A stretch of 64,000 nt of DNA from positions 1,062 through 65,061 of the forward strand of contig JAHFJA010000001.1 of the NCBI GenBank assembly GCA_023246095.1, read 5' to 3'. Within the stretch, counting starts at the first letter, position 1. Each line of letters starts with the position of its first letter. Both the position numbers and the translations under genes were made by a program. This DNA comes from a bacterium (lineage in GTDB: Bacteria > Patescibacteriota > Patescibacteriia > JACQRZ01). The notes below the pieces were generated by a model. It was given only the letters and a program-made list of their open reading frames with translations. It made no database searches and was not told the DNA's origin. This document shows positions 16,460 to 27,629 of the stretch, one piece after another.

Positions 16460-16945
16460 TTATTCTTTTGCGTTGAGAAATAATATTTTCTCCGCTTTTA
16501 TTTTTGACTCCTGCTCAATGAAGTAATAATTCACGCCAGGAAGAAGCGTTAACCATCGACGAATCAAATATACAAGATACGAAATCTTCATGGTCGCTTG
16601 GCCCATCAAGTACTCGATACGAGAGGCTGTCAGGTCACCTTGTTGTCGAAATATGACTCTCCTTTCGGGAGGAAGTTCCAAATACAAAAATTTAAGATCT
16701 TCTTCAAGGACCTTTTCAATATTGCGTCGAACGGGAGATTTCACGATAGGTGCCACCAAGGCAGTGGAGGTCGAGACAGCAGGAACTTCTTGCGTCGGCG
16801 TTGCTTCCTGCGCTTCTTGTGACACTTCTATCGATTTTTCAACGTTAACCGCAGGCTTTTCGTTGTGCTCGGTCACCTCAGGCGAGCGTATGACTTCAGG
16901 AATTGAAGGCATAACTTCAGCCACAGGACGAGCGAGATCAGGCAT
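16460..16945 (-). CDS. Hypothetical protein.
   Basis: 161-aa ORF, 4 bp downstream of the ATPase gene. Confidence 0.4.
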   Translation of the reverse strand: MPDLARPVAEVMPSIPEVIRSPEVTEHNEKPAVNVEKSIEVSQEAQEATPTQEVPAVSTSTALVAPIVKSPVRRNIEKVLEEDLKFLYLELPPERRVIFRQQGDLTASRIEYLMGQATMKISYLVYLIRRWLTLLPGVNYYFIEQESKIKAEKILFLNAKE

Positions 16946-16961
16946 AATGATTATCTTTATT

Positions 16962-17483
16962 TTATTTCTCAGCCTTTTTCCTCATGAATAACATTGCAAA
17001 AATCGGACCCAACATCCATATCGAACGCGGGAGAGGTGAGGTAAAAAACTGCGTTGCGACAGGACTATTGAGTGATTCCTGGGGAAGAAACATCAAAATA
17101 CTACTCATCAGTAACCCAACCTGAAACGCACTAAGGATGATGGCATGAATCCAGGAATGTCCGCCATCCGCCCGAAGCGCCATATTGTGGGAAAACAAAA
17201 CATATAATGTCAAAAATCCCACAACAAAGATGCCTAACTGATACATGAAAAACTGTGCGGGCTGTACCACAGAGAGCCAATCCTTAATCGCAGGGGTGAG
17301 CATGGTGACAGCTAAGGCAGAATAGATACTGATGAGTACAACCGTCAGACGCTCGCGACTTGCGAAAAAAGAATAAATAACTACCGCCAAGAAATAAAAC
17401 AAAATTAAAAATGTGTCCCAACTGGGATTACTGAGATTGATCAATGCCGAGTTCACGTTAACGTTCACCAGCGGCGTAAGCAT
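16962..17483 (-). CDS. Multi-pass membrane protein, hypothetical.
   Basis: 173 aa with 4-5 hydrophobic helices. Confidence 0.45.
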   Translation of the reverse strand: MLTPLVNVNVNSALINLSNPSWDTFLILFYFLAVVIYSFFASRERLTVVLISIYSALAVTMLTPAIKDWLSVVQPAQFFMYQLGIFVVGFLTLYVLFSHNMALRADGGHSWIHAIILSAFQVGLLMSSILMFLPQESLNSPVATQFFTSPLPRSIWMLGPIFAMLFMRKKAEK

Positions 17484-17556
17484 GATAGTAGCAGAAAATG
17501 ATTTTTGTACCTATATAGTATATCATGGACAACAAACAATGTGATATCCACACCTC

Positions 17557-19227
17557 CTAATATGAAATCAACAACCCAAAACCTGTAGTATCTCCCGTTA
17601 TCTTCAAAGTTTTTAATAGCGGCGCAGTCATGACCTCACCTGCCAATTTATGTAAACCATCAAACGTTACTGGATTGTGTTTTGTATCAAATGTAATTTC
17701 AAAAGAGTGCGTTCCCACGTCCCCTCTTCCTGCCCTTTGTGTCAAATAAAACGTATGGAGCAAAGACCCGTTTCCACTTTGGTCTGAATCAAGATACTGT
17801 CTCAACCCGGCATCTTCCCTATCGAAGGTAAATCCCGCCAACGCAGTGAGTAACGTCGCATACTGATTTCGTTCAGATGACTGTAAGGTTTCAATAAAAC
17901 TTCCGCCTTCTTTTTTTACCATATAATCTTTGAGGGTGTCGCGATAGATTAAAACTGTATATTCTGTCGCACCCATCCGATCGAGCCCCAGACCCAGAAA
18001 CAGCCGATCTATAGGTGTCAAATGATGATCGTTAAGCAAGTTCACTTGCTCCTGAAGATACGGCTCCCCCAGTGAGGCAAGGCCAAATGCCGACTGTGCA
18101 CGCAGCGACGCAGTGGAATTAGGTGAAAAATATATTGACCGAAAATACGCTTTAAGATCCTCGGCGGGCAACCATGTCGGATCAGTATACGCAATCAATG
18201 CAAGTAGCTCTGTGATAGACAGATCATTATCCGAATAAAAAACCGATGGTAGTTGTTCTGTGTCTGTTGATTGTGTGTCGGACACCGACACTGGTTGTGT
18301 AAGCCTTGATGTCCCTGTTCCGACATGCTCAAAAAACGCTTTCATGACATGAGCAGAAACAATACCATGCACATCATCTCGATCTTGAAAATGCAGCAAT
18401 GCCCGTTCCCATAATGATGAAATACTCTTGGGAATGATAAAAATATCCATATCTGAAAGCAGAGGCAAGCGATCAAACGGAATTGCGTCAACAAGTGATA
18501 ATGGCACAACACCATGATTTTGATCCTCATTGAGGGGAGGCGGAGAATTCAGTGGCTTACTTACGGGATAGAATCTGAATGTATCTTGTGCGAGCCTTTG
18601 TTGTGCTTCACGACTTACATCTTGAGTACTTGCATTTTCTGAAGCAATAGATGGGTGTATTGCTTCATATCCCCACTTATACAGCCTATTTACCTGGGTA
18701 TCTCCCACCTTATATGAGGTCGGCAATCGAAAATGATAAATATTCCCCTCAATAAAAGGTTCCTTTGGTTTTATCCGTATCTCACGCGGAGTAGTAGAAA
18801 CGACATCATACGCAAACACGGGATCAAGTACAAGACGAAACAACACTGCCTCAGTATCCATATCCACTTTACTAGTAAGAGAAATCTCGGACTGCAATCC
18901 CATGCCTTTTTCATCAAATTCGACTGGTTTTAAATAGAAATTATCTTCCCCTACTTCTTTGGGCACCACAACATCACCAATCTTTTTTTCGACAGGGACA
19001 GGAGTGGGAACAACAGGCTCAATGGAAGGAACAAATGGCACTGACGCCGTTTTTTTAGGTAACAAAAAAAGAAGCTGTGAACTTCCCAATATAACACCAA
19101 CGACAATTACCACGAGTACACTAATCCCCACCAAGACAACAACAACATTTCTCTTCCACCAATGGCGAGAAATAAGATTAGGTGCAGGAGTGTGAGGCCC
19201 TTGCACAGGAGGAGGTGTTGACAGCAT
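17557..19227 (-). CDS. N-terminally anchored large extracytoplasmic hypothetical protein.
   Basis: TM VVVVLVGISVLVVIVVGVILG followed by a Pro/Val-rich linker. 556 aa. Confidence 0.5.
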   Translation of the reverse strand: MLSTPPPVQGPHTPAPNLISRHWWKRNVVVVLVGISVLVVIVVGVILGSSQLLFLLPKKTASVPFVPSIEPVVPTPVPVEKKIGDVVVPKEVGEDNFYLKPVEFDEKGMGLQSEISLTSKVDMDTEAVLFRLVLDPVFAYDVVSTTPREIRIKPKEPFIEGNIYHFRLPTSYKVGDTQVNRLYKWGYEAIHPSIASENASTQDVSREAQQRLAQDTFRFYPVSKPLNSPPPLNEDQNHGVVPLSLVDAIPFDRLPLLSDMDIFIIPKSISSLWERALLHFQDRDDVHGIVSAHVMKAFFEHVGTGTSRLTQPVSVSDTQSTDTEQLPSVFYSDNDLSITELLALIAYTDPTWLPAEDLKAYFRSIYFSPNSTASLRAQSAFGLASLGEPYLQEQVNLLNDHHLTPIDRLFLGLGLDRMGATEYTVLIYRDTLKDYMVKKEGGSFIETLQSSERNQYATLLTALAGFTFDREDAGLRQYLDSDQSGNGSLLHTFYLTQRAGRGDVGTHSFEITFDTKHNPVTFDGLHKLAGEVMTAPLLKTLKITGDTTGFGLLISY

Positions 19228-19248
19228 GGGAGTGAAAAAATTCTTCCC

Positions 19249-20316
19249 TTAAAGCTTTTCGTTGCGTAATTTCTCTAAGAGTGAACGTTGAGAACGAGAA
19301 ATGTGCTTGGGCACAATGATGTCGGTATGTACCAACAAGTCACCTCGCCCACTGCGGTTGGTGTAGGGTACCCCAAGACCTCGCAAGCGGAACATCGTAC
19401 CCGTTGCTGTCCCTGCGGGAATCTGAACTTCATACGTTCCATCGGGCGCTGATACGTTTATTGTATCACCTAACACTGCTTGGGTAAACGCAATCGGAAC
19501 ACGTGTTATCAAATCGTTACCTTGGCGAGTAAAAATTTTATCAGGTCTCACGCGGATTGTCAGATACAAATCACCAGCAGCTGCACCATACAATCCTGCA
19601 TTTCCTTGACCCACCAATCGCAATAGTGAACCATCGGCAATACCAGCAGGAATATTTACTTCCAATGAAGAACGATCACGGGTCACTCCTGGACCATTAC
19701 ATATCTTGCACACCTGTTTTGGTTTGCGACCTTGGCCTTTACAGTCGGGGCAAGGAGTCGCTGTTTGGATATTTCCAATAAATGTCCGGTGAATACCTAT
19801 AATCTGTCCCGATCCTTGGCATCGACTACACGTTTCAATCGGTGTCCCCGGTTCGGCTCCTCGTCCTTCGCAATGTTTGCACGCAATCGTTCTCACTGCG
19901 CCCACTTCTCTTTTTGCGCCAAACAAAGAATCACGGAAATCGATTGTTAATTCCATAGCCAAGTCTTCTCCTTTGGGAACTCCTTGTTTTTTACGTCCTC
20001 CACCAAATCCAAAAAAATCTCCAAACATGTCGCCCAGATCATTCATATCCACATTAAATCCTTGACCCCCCATATCGCCCCATGGCGAAGCACCCGCACT
20101 CCCTTGCGAGAATGCGGCGTGGCCATATTGGTCGTACTGAGCCCGTTTCTGTGTATCCGAAAGTACTTGGTACGCTTCATTCAACTCTTTGAACTTAGCC
20201 TCATCTCCTCCCTTTTTATCGGGATGATGTTTATGGGCTTGCGTACGAAATGCTTTTTTTACCTCATCAGCAGATGCGGATTTTGAAACGCCAAGAATTT
20301 CGTAATAGTCTTTCAT
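19249..20316 (-). CDS. dnaJ: Chaperone DnaJ.
   Basis: J-domain YYEILGV...HPDK. G/F region. Four CxxCxGxG zinc-finger repeats. Confidence 0.9.
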   Translation of the reverse strand: MKDYYEILGVSKSASADEVKKAFRTQAHKHHPDKKGGDEAKFKELNEAYQVLSDTQKRAQYDQYGHAAFSQGSAGASPWGDMGGQGFNVDMNDLGDMFGDFFGFGGGRKKQGVPKGEDLAMELTIDFRDSLFGAKREVGAVRTIACKHCEGRGAEPGTPIETCSRCQGSGQIIGIHRTFIGNIQTATPCPDCKGQGRKPKQVCKICNGPGVTRDRSSLEVNIPAGIADGSLLRLVGQGNAGLYGAAAGDLYLTIRVRPDKIFTRQGNDLITRVPIAFTQAVLGDTINVSAPDGTYEVQIPAGTATGTMFRLRGLGVPYTNRSGRGDLLVHTDIIVPKHISRSQRSLLEKLRNEKL

Positions 20317-22253
20317 TATTCTTCTTTTTTCGTAAATTCAGCGTCTACTGCTTCGTTTGGATTAGCTTGACCTTGCGCGCCTGGCTCTGGATTAGCCTGG
20401 GCAGAACCGTCTGTCGTGTTTTCCGCCCCTGGAGGAGGTGTCTGAGTTGCGGCATCTTGCTTATACATAGCCTCACCTACTTTTGACAACACTTCATTGA
20501 GCTGGTCAGATGCCGCGGCGATTGCAGCTCCATCAGTCCCTTCTTTCAGCGTTTTGAGATTGTCGATCTTTTCTTGTACTGCTTTTCGAATATCTTCCGG
20601 AACTTTTTCGCCGTGTTCCTTCATTACTTTTTCGGCTTGATATACAAGACTCTCTGCATTGTTTTTCGCTTCGATAAGTTCGCGCTTCTGTTTATCTTCC
20701 TCGGCATGAAGTTCTGCCTCTTGAGTCATGCGCTGTACTTCCTGATCAGAAAGTGATGTTGATGCGGTGATGGTAATTTTTTGTTCTTTACCTGTTGTCT
20801 TTTCTTTCGCTGAAACGTTCAATATACCGTTTGCGTCGATATCAAATGAAACTTCAACCTGTGGTACGCCACGCGGTGAAGGAGGAATGCCATCAAGAAT
20901 AAATCTCCCCAACGTTTTGTTGTCAGCTGCCATTTCGCGTTCACCTTGAACGACATTGATTTCAACCGATGTTTGGTTATCAGCCGCAGTAGAAAATATC
21001 TGAGACTTGGATGTCGGGATTGTCGTATTGCGTTCAATGATTTTTGTCGCAACTCCTCCCAATGTTTCAAGACCGACAGAAAGCGGCGTAACGTCGAGTA
21101 AAAGTACATCACGCACTTCTCCTTGTAATACACCTGCCTGTACTGCGGCACCGATTGCTACCACTTCGTCAGGGTTTACTGATGAATTCGGCTTCTTGCC
21201 AAAAAATTCTTCTACCATCTGCTGAATCAATGGCATACGTGTCATTCCACCAACCAAAATTACTTCATTGATATCTTTGTTTGTAAGTCCAGCGTCTTTA
21301 AGCGCATTACGGCACGGTTCAAGTGATTTTTGAACAAGCTCGCGAACCAATTCTTCCAACTTTGCGCGAGTCATCGTAAGTACCAAGTGCTTTGGACCGG
21401 CTGCATCAGAAGTGATAAAGGGCTGATTGATCTCAGTCTGCATCGACGATGAAAGCTCATGTTTTGCTTTTTCTGCAGCTTCCTTAAGACGTTGCAATGA
21501 AAGCTGATCCTTTGAAAGATCAATACCGTGCTCCTTTTTAAATTCATCAATAATCCAATGAATAATACGCTGGTCAAAATCATCACCACCAAGATGCGTA
21601 TCACCATTAGTCGCCTTAACCTCTACGGTGTCGGCTGCCACTTCAAGGACTGATACGTCAAATGTTCCACCTCCCATGTCATAGACAACAATCTTTTCGT
21701 CTTTTTTCTTGTTAAATCCATACGCAAGTGCTGCGGCGGTTGGTTCATTGATGATACGTTTCACATCAAGACCCGCAATTTTCCCCGCATCCTTGGTTGC
21801 TTGGCGCTGTGAGTCGTCAAAATAAGCAGGTACGGTGATGACCGCTTCGGTGATTTTTTCACCCAGACGTTCTTCGGCATCGCTCTTTAATTTTTGTAAA
21901 ATCATTGCTGAAAGTTCCTGTGGTGAATATTCTTTTCCTCCCATGGCAACCTTCAATGCATCACCGCTCTTTACTATTTTGTAAGACATCAAAGCAAGAT
22001 CCTTTTGTACTTCTGGGTCTTCAAAACGGCGTCCGATTAAACGCTTCACCGATGCAATAGTATTTTCAGGATTCGTTACCGCCTGGCGCTTGGCAAGCAA
22101 CCCAACCATGCGTTCTCCTGCTTTGGTTACCGCAACAACCGATGGAGTAGTGCGATTACCTTCTTTATTCTCAATAACGCGAGGCTCTCCTCCTTCGATC
22201 ACGGCCATACATGAATTCGTAGTACCGAGATCGATTCCGAGTATCTTTGACAT
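20316..22253 (-). CDS. dnaK: Chaperone DnaK (Hsp70).
   Basis: [24 protein letters not shown] signature blocks. Confidence 0.95.
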   Translation of the reverse strand: MSKILGIDLGTTNSCMAVIEGGEPRVIENKEGNRTTPSVVAVTKAGERMVGLLAKRQAVTNPENTIASVKRLIGRRFEDPEVQKDLALMSYKIVKSGDALKVAMGGKEYSPQELSAMILQKLKSDAEERLGEKITEAVITVPAYFDDSQRQATKDAGKIAGLDVKRIINEPTAAALAYGFNKKKDEKIVVYDMGGGTFDVSVLEVAADTVEVKATNGDTHLGGDDFDQRIIHWIIDEFKKEHGIDLSKDQLSLQRLKEAAEKAKHELSSSMQTEINQPFITSDAAGPKHLVLTMTRAKLEELVRELVQKSLEPCRNALKDAGLTNKDINEVILVGGMTRMPLIQQMVEEFFGKKPNSSVNPDEVVAIGAAVQAGVLQGEVRDVLLLDVTPLSVGLETLGGVATKIIERNTTIPTSKSQIFSTAADNQTSVEINVVQGEREMAADNKTLGRFILDGIPPSPRGVPQVEVSFDIDANGILNVSAKEKTTGKEQKITITASTSLSDQEVQRMTQEAELHAEEDKQKRELIEAKNNAESLVYQAEKVMKEHGEKVPEDIRKAVQEKIDNLKTLKEGTDGAAIAAASDQLNEVLSKVGEAMYKQDAATQTPPPGAENTTDGSAQANPEPGAQGQANPNEAVDAEFTKKEE

Positions 22254-22350
22254 ACAGTCGTGTTAGATTACTAGTTAATGAAAACCTTGATTATGGTCGA
22301 TAGGTTCTCGATCCGAGAGGCATCAAACGATTCCTCCCGTGTTCGAGCTC

Positions 22351-22818
22351 CTATTTCTTTCCTTTCTTCAATGTTGGCTGCGTTTTCAATGCGACTTTTT
22401 TTACTTCGATCTTCTTTGCTTTTACTTGAGCAGCTTTTGGCATCGTGACTTTCAACACTCCATTTTCAAACTGCGCTTCAGTTTTGTCTCCCATCACATG
22501 GGTAGGTAATGCAATCTGTCGATAAAAACTTCCGGTATGCACTTCCTTGCGCCAATAATCCTTCTCCTGTACTTCGGATTTCTTTTCCATACTTCCTTTA
22601 ATCGTCAGGACGTCATTTTCAATGGAGATATCAACATCATCAGGGTCAACACCCGCGAGAGGCGTCTCTACCACCACACTATCATCTGTTTGATAAAGAT
22701 CGATATCGGGCACGAATCCCTTTTGTGACACCAAACCCTCGCTTTTTGGAAAGTCGCGCATCATGCGCTCCATCTCCTCGTCGAACGGCCACATGGGTGA
22801 CCAGCGAATTAACGCCAT
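22351..22818 (-). CDS. Hsp20/alpha-crystallin small heat-shock protein.
   Basis: ACD core: VPDIDLYQTDDSVVVETPLAGV...GSFYRQIALP...AQFENGVLKVTMPK. Confidence 0.85.
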   Translation of the reverse strand: MALIRWSPMWPFDEEMERMMRDFPKSEGLVSQKGFVPDIDLYQTDDSVVVETPLAGVDPDDVDISIENDVLTIKGSMEKKSEVQEKDYWRKEVHTGSFYRQIALPTHVMGDKTEAQFENGVLKVTMPKAAQVKAKKIEVKKVALKTQPTLKKGKK

Positions 22819-22829
22819 ATTATAATAAA

Positions 22830-23363
22830 TTAGGAATTAGCATGGGGATTATTAATAACCACCTTTGCCGGTGCCACCGTCCTCCCGTGGACACTATATC
22901 CTGCATTAACTTCTTTGAGAATAATACCTTCCTCTTTTGTTGGATCGACTTCCTGCGCGACCGCTTCGTGACGCATGGGGTCAAACGGCATCCCTTCTAT
23001 GCCCGTCTCTTGCTCAACACCCAACGTCTTCATCGACTCTTGTAGCTGCTTATAGATCTGCTCCACACCCTTTACCCAATCAGAGTCTGCTGTTTCCGGC
23101 GGTACATGAGAAAAAGCAAGACGAAAGCTTTCCATAACAGGAATTATTTTTACAATAGCGGAAAGACTTGCAAACTGGACCAACTCCTTCGAGCGTTTCT
23201 CTTGCTCGTTTTTATAGTTGATAAAATCGGCCTTTGCACGCTTCCAGCCGTCAAGGTAATCTTGAGCCTCTTTTTTAGCTTTTTCAAGCTCGGAAACCTC
23301 ATCCGCAACTGCCGCTGCCGGCACGTCAGATGGCTCGTCCGGAATAATAGTATTCTCTTCCAT
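22830..23363 (-). CDS. grpE: Nucleotide exchange factor GrpE.
   Basis: Coiled-coil N-terminus. DWKRAKADFINYKNE. C-terminal GVEQETGIEGMPFDPMRHEAV. Confidence 0.85.
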   Translation of the reverse strand: MEENTIIPDEPSDVPAAAVADEVSELEKAKKEAQDYLDGWKRAKADFINYKNEQEKRSKELVQFASLSAIVKIIPVMESFRLAFSHVPPETADSDWVKGVEQIYKQLQESMKTLGVEQETGIEGMPFDPMRHEAVAQEVDPTKEEGIILKEVNAGYSVHGRTVAPAKVVINNPHANS

Positions 23364-23368
23364 ACGTA

Positions 23369-24052
23369 CTAAGTATTAATAATCGTATATACTCCCTCTA
23401 GTAGTGCTTTATTAAACGCGTAATTCATACGCATTGGCCCTAAAATTCCCAAAATGCACGCGGTATTGTCCAGAGTATACCGCATCACGAGGGTACTGCA
23501 AGCACTCCCAAATCCGCTTTCAGAGCCAATATACAACGATACACCCTCTGATTGCTTCTGTAATACTCCCTCAACGACTGAATCAAGATGGTCAATGAGG
23601 CGACTAATATCGGCCAAAAGCTCCTGTTCAGCAAATTCAGGCTTCTGAACAAGGTTCGCAAGACCCGTATAATACGTATCATGCTTACCAAATGCCGCGT
23701 ACATCATTTCACCGCTACTTTCCGCCAAGTACTGTGCAAGAGATTTTACATGTTGGCGATCAAGCTCCTCTATATATGAAGCGCACTCTTGAGTTCTCTT
23801 TGTCGAAAGAGGTCGACATACGAGCTCTTTCACATATGCTCTGTATCCTTTTTCACTCGGTATGCGTCCCGCAGATGTGTGGGGCTGTTCGAGATATCCC
23901 TGTTCCTCGAGTTGTGCAAGCTCATTGCGTACCGTTGCAGGGCTTACGCTGGGCTGATGGACCGTCGCCAAATATCCGGAAGAAATAGGCTGTCCGGTAG
24001 CGATATAATGCTCAATAAGCTCAGTAAGAAGAGAATCGTGTCGAGGAGTCAT
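23369..24052 (-). CDS. hrcA: Heat-inducible transcription repressor HrcA (short form).
   Basis: N-terminal wHTH LLTELIEHYIATGQPISSGYLA. Likely start ATG at 24050-24052, or GTG at 24059-24061 inside CIRCE. Confidence 0.75.
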   Translation of the reverse strand: MTPRHDSLLTELIEHYIATGQPISSGYLATVHQPSVSPATVRNELAQLEEQGYLEQPHTSAGRIPSEKGYRAYVKELVCRPLSTKRTQECASYIEELDRQHVKSLAQYLAESSGEMMYAAFGKHDTYYTGLANLVQKPEFAEQELLADISRLIDHLDSVVEGVLQKQSEGVSLYIGSESGFGSACSTLVMRYTLDNTACILGILGPMRMNYAFNKALLEGVYTIINT

Positions 24053-24054
24053 AT

Positions 24055-24081
24055 TTAGCACTCTTAGTATTCGACTGCTAA
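24055..24081. promoter_or_regulatory. CIRCE operator (HrcA binding site) upstream of and overlapping the hrcA start.
   Basis: TTAGCACTC-N9-GACTGCTAA; one mismatch to TTAGCACTC-N9-GAGTGCTAA. Confidence 0.75.
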
Positions 24082-24174
24082 GTGTATGATAATAGGAATG
24101 AGAGGAGGTGTCAAGAGGGGTAGAAATAATAAAAACCCCGTTTATTGGGGTTTACCATCCGTGTTTATAATGAC

Positions 24175-25212
24175 TTATTCCTCTTCAATGACCTGTAATG
24201 CTTCCACAAGTTTTGCCTTTAATGCAGGGCTTGCTTCTAATTGTTTTTTTAATGCATCCATCTTAATTTCGAGATTCTTGTATTGAGTATCGGTAGAGGC
24301 GCATTTTTCTTCTGCCACAAGTGCTCGCAGCTTCCAATATGCGCACTTGCGTATCAATTTGTCGATAATAGCAACCGCTTCGTCATTGTCGTCCTGAACA
24401 GCATTCTCAGGCCCAGACGACAGAAACTTCGAAACCGCATCCAAGGAGACAGTATCCTGCTTTTGTGCAGTATCTGGTGATGAAGGAGTCGTAGATTTTC
24501 CAGGAAAGAATATCGTCGCAGGTTTAACAACCTTCTTCAACTTTTCTTCTCGCAAAAGTTGCTTCTCAAAATTCTGAAGATCATTTTGATCGTCATTCTC
24601 CTTCTTTTCCTCATCGAGAACAATATCATCCTCATTACTATCCAAAAAATCAACCTTAACTTTCTCTTTCTCTTTGGTCGGCTCTTTCTTTGCAGGAATA
24701 GATGGAGCGACTTTCTTTATGATAACCGGCGAACTTTTATGATCATCATTGAGAACTGGATTACCCGTGACTATTGGAGTTACTTTTGCAGAACCAGTTA
24801 CCTTAGGCGTACGCTGTCTAACAAGATCGCGTATTGCCTCCGGTTTTACTATATCCTTGAGATCAAACTTCTTCTGCAACGTATCACAGATCGAGTTGAG
24901 ATACACTGCCCCTCGTTTCTGAATCGAATCTTTATCATTATGTTCTTTCACTGCATCTTCGATAGAATATCCTGAGACACAAATATTAAGTAATATTACC
25001 TGTTCTGCGGGTATAAACCAACCCTTTAGGTGAGTCAAAGTATCGCTGATGTAACTTCGCACCCTTGTCTTTTCATCCCCTGTAAGTTCTTCCCGTTCTT
25101 TCTTTTCCCCCAAATCTTTCTTTGTTTTTTCTTCCTTTCCCTTTTCTTTCTTTTTACTCCTGTCGCCCACTGAACACCTCTCTTTCTTAATAATAATTTG
25201 TACAAGGTACAT
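24175..25212 (-). CDS. Lys/Glu-rich low-complexity hypothetical protein.
   Basis: 345-aa ORF with KEK/EEK repeats; ordered domains only at the termini. Confidence 0.35.
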   Translation of the reverse strand: MYLVQIIIKKERCSVGDRSKKKEKGKEEKTKKDLGEKKEREELTGDEKTRVRSYISDTLTHLKGWFIPAEQVILLNICVSGYSIEDAVKEHNDKDSIQKRGAVYLNSICDTLQKKFDLKDIVKPEAIRDLVRQRTPKVTGSAKVTPIVTGNPVLNDDHKSSPVIIKKVAPSIPAKKEPTKEKEKVKVDFLDSNEDDIVLDEEKKENDDQNDLQNFEKQLLREEKLKKVVKPATIFFPGKSTTPSSPDTAQKQDTVSLDAVSKFLSSGPENAVQDDNDEAVAIIDKLIRKCAYWKLRALVAEEKCASTDTQYKNLEIKMDALKKQLEASPALKAKLVEALQVIEEE

Positions 25213-25382
25213 GCCGCTAGACTATGATATCTTCGAAAGAATGTCAATCGTTCTCTGTGATCCAATAAATTAAAGACCCCTATTCATGTAGAGCTAAAAA
25301 ACCACTTTAAAAAATAAACCCCAAATTTGCAACAATTGCAGATCTGGGGTTTATTAATTTGCGACAAAATTTTTGCTGTCCC

Positions 25383-25928
25383 CTACTCTACCTCCTCAAA
25401 CTTCTTTTTCTGTGCAATGCCTTCCAAAAACTTTTTCACCCCCAAGCCATCGTGCTTGTCAGCACGGAGAAGTTGGGTATACAATTCCTTTGCTTTTTCT
25501 GGGTGGGCTGATCGATAGCTCAAATGCGCAAGCCCGAATAAAGTGCGTATGATAGGCCGGTCTTCTTTTTTTGACCAGTCGAGTCGTTTTGGTAATCGAC
25601 CTTCAAAATGCCGATCAAGCATGTACTGAGCTTCGTGATACCAACGCGTCGCATCAAAAAAATCTTTGTGAGCCAGACTGATCGCGCCCATACCGTTATG
25701 CGCTTCGATCACATCAAAAAACCCGATCTTGGGATCATCTTCATTGTTGAGCACTTCCTGAAAATGCTCTTCTGCCCTCTCATAGTTGCCCACTTCATAA
25801 GCCCCCCATCCTTCGGCAACTATATGGCCATATTTTGTAATAAGTAGTGCAGCAAACATATCGTAGATCGTAGGTATGTCCTTTTGGATAATATCTGTTA
25901 GTATATCACTAATATATTCACTATGCAC
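25383..25928 (-). CDS. Hypothetical protein (helical, TPR-like?).
   Basis: 181-aa ORF. Confidence 0.4.
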   Translation of the reverse strand: MHSEYISDILTDIIQKDIPTIYDMFAALLITKYGHIVAEGWGAYEVGNYERAEEHFQEVLNNEDDPKIGFFDVIEAHNGMGAISLAHKDFFDATRWYHEAQYMLDRHFEGRLPKRLDWSKKEDRPIIRTLFGLAHLSYRSAHPEKAKELYTQLLRADKHDGLGVKKFLEGIAQKKKFEEVE

Positions 25929-26465
25929 ATTGTCGATAAACTATGGGTGGATAACCACCTCGACACACTCCTCTCTGCCATAAAACGCGGCGATATTCTG
26001 ATATATCCAACCGACACGATCTATGGTATCGGTTGCGACGCCTTTAATACCACAAGCATTGAAACTCTTCGTGCATTAAAGCAACGCCCTGACAAACCTT
26101 TTTCCATCATCGCGCCCTCCAAGAAATGGGTTGACGAGCATTTTTTCGTTCCCCAAGAAGCGCTCGATATGCTTCCTGGCCCTATTACACTTATTCTTGA
26201 ACCAAAAGACACCGCAATGTTTTCCCCAGCGATCAATCCAAATGGCAACAGTATTGGCGTCCGCATTCCCGATCATTGGTTTAGTGAAATCATTCAAAAA
26301 ACAGGTATCCCTTTCATCACCACGTCGGTCAACTTGTCCGATAATCCTCACATGACTTCTCTTGATGATATCCCAGCTTCTTTTCAAAAATCTGTTACCT
26401 TTTGTGTTTATGAGAGCCCAATAAACGGTGTGTCGAGTAAAAAATTTGATTTCACAAATTGCTAG
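25923..26465 (+). CDS. tsaC: L-threonylcarbamoyladenylate synthase, YrdC/TsaC family.
   Basis: ILIYPTDTIYGIGCDA motif. About 180 aa. Confidence 0.7.
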   Translation: MHIVDKLWVDNHLDTLLSAIKRGDILIYPTDTIYGIGCDAFNTTSIETLRALKQRPDKPFSIIAPSKKWVDEHFFVPQEALDMLPGPITLILEPKDTAMFSPAINPNGNSIGVRIPDHWFSEIIQKTGIPFITTSVNLSDNPHMTSLDDIPASFQKSVTFCVYESPINGVSSKKFDFTNC

Positions 26466-26517
26466 CAAATAATAAAGCACCATCCTATTTCAAGACAGTG
26501 CTTTTGCATTTTCACTT

Positions 26518-27021
26518 TCAAAGCCAATTTTTTCTCTTACCCATAATGAATTCTAAAATCTTCTCTAAAGTGCCTTTATAGGTGGAACTTGCATGATGCT
26601 CAGGACGCTCATAGATGAAATCTATTACCGCATGTATCTTTCTAGATTCCAGATACTCCATGACTTCATCAATCCGAACCTGGTCCCCGTTCATATACTC
26701 AACAACCACAGGTTTGATAGGTGCGGCATCAAGATACGGCATTGTCTGTTTAATTACATCAATGGTGTATTCTTCATGATTGGAAGAGTATAACGCCATT
26801 ATACGAAGCTGTATTTCGTTGAATGTTTCGATGATGATGGGAACCTCTCCTGCGTGTGGCTTAGCCGCTCGCATGAGGCGCAAAAGAGCAAATAAATCTT
26901 TTGGTTTATTCTCTGCGTCAAGCAGTACTTTCCTCAAAAAGGACAATTGTGGTGGATCGTGCTTATCGACTTCAAATATCTTTGGGTATTCCTGAATTAG
27001 ATTCAGTAGTTGGGCTTTCAT
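26518..27021 (-). CDS. Hypothetical protein.
   Basis: 167-aa ORF. Confidence 0.4.
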   Translation of the reverse strand: MKAQLLNLIQEYPKIFEVDKHDPPQLSFLRKVLLDAENKPKDLFALLRLMRAAKPHAGEVPIIIETFNEIQLRIMALYSSNHEEYTIDVIKQTMPYLDAAPIKPVVVEYMNGDQVRIDEVMEYLESRKIHAVIDFIYERPEHHASSTYKGTLEKILEFIMGKRKNWL

Positions 27022-27116
27022 TGTTGTTCTCCCTTTTCAATGTTCTGCCATTACATTGGTTCTACTTATAACACAAAAACTAGGTACAGTCAACACCACC
27101 TCTGGGGCACTATCAC

Positions 27117-27539
27117 CTAACTTCCTATCTCTTTCAGTAGCTCAGATAACTGAAGGACCATGGAGTGCTTAGACTCAGGAATGACTTCCTCAGAAAGGAG
27201 TTCTGCTTTTTCAATCTTCTCTAACAGCAGACGTCGTCCACCCGGAGCCATTGAAACGTAACTTACTCGTGCGTCTCTAGAGTCGGTCTCTCTTGCAATT
27301 AAGCCAATCTTTTCCATGGGAGCAAGAAGGCGTGTTACGCCCGACGCAGTAAGTCCTATCTTGTCAGCCAGATCAACCCTTCTGAGTTTTCCATCTTCGG
27401 CCTGACTAAGATAATAAAGAATCATAAAATCACTAAAACCGATTCCACCGCCAAGCCTACTATCAAACCGACGAGACATGACTGACTCAGCTCTAGAGAG
27501 ATCTAACAAACATTGCAATGATGGTTTTATTGGAGACAT
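27117..27539 (-). CDS. MarR-family transcriptional regulator.
   Basis: wHTH DLADKIGLTASGVTRLLAPMEKIGLIARETDSRDARV. Confidence 0.7.
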   Translation of the reverse strand: MSPIKPSLQCLLDLSRAESVMSRRFDSRLGGGIGFSDFMILYYLSQAEDGKLRRVDLADKIGLTASGVTRLLAPMEKIGLIARETDSRDARVSYVSMAPGGRRLLLEKIEKAELLSEEVIPESKHSMVLQLSELLKEIGS

Positions 27540-27629
27540 AATACAAATAATTGATATATACTTGACATATCAAGTATATCACCACCTTGATACATATGTA
27601 AAGCCGATTAGCGGGAAAATGTACTCAGA

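Noticed and set aside
20819-21225. ORFs antisense to dnaK (110 aa, 72 aa)
   Set aside because: They are embedded in a highly conserved gene on the opposite strand.
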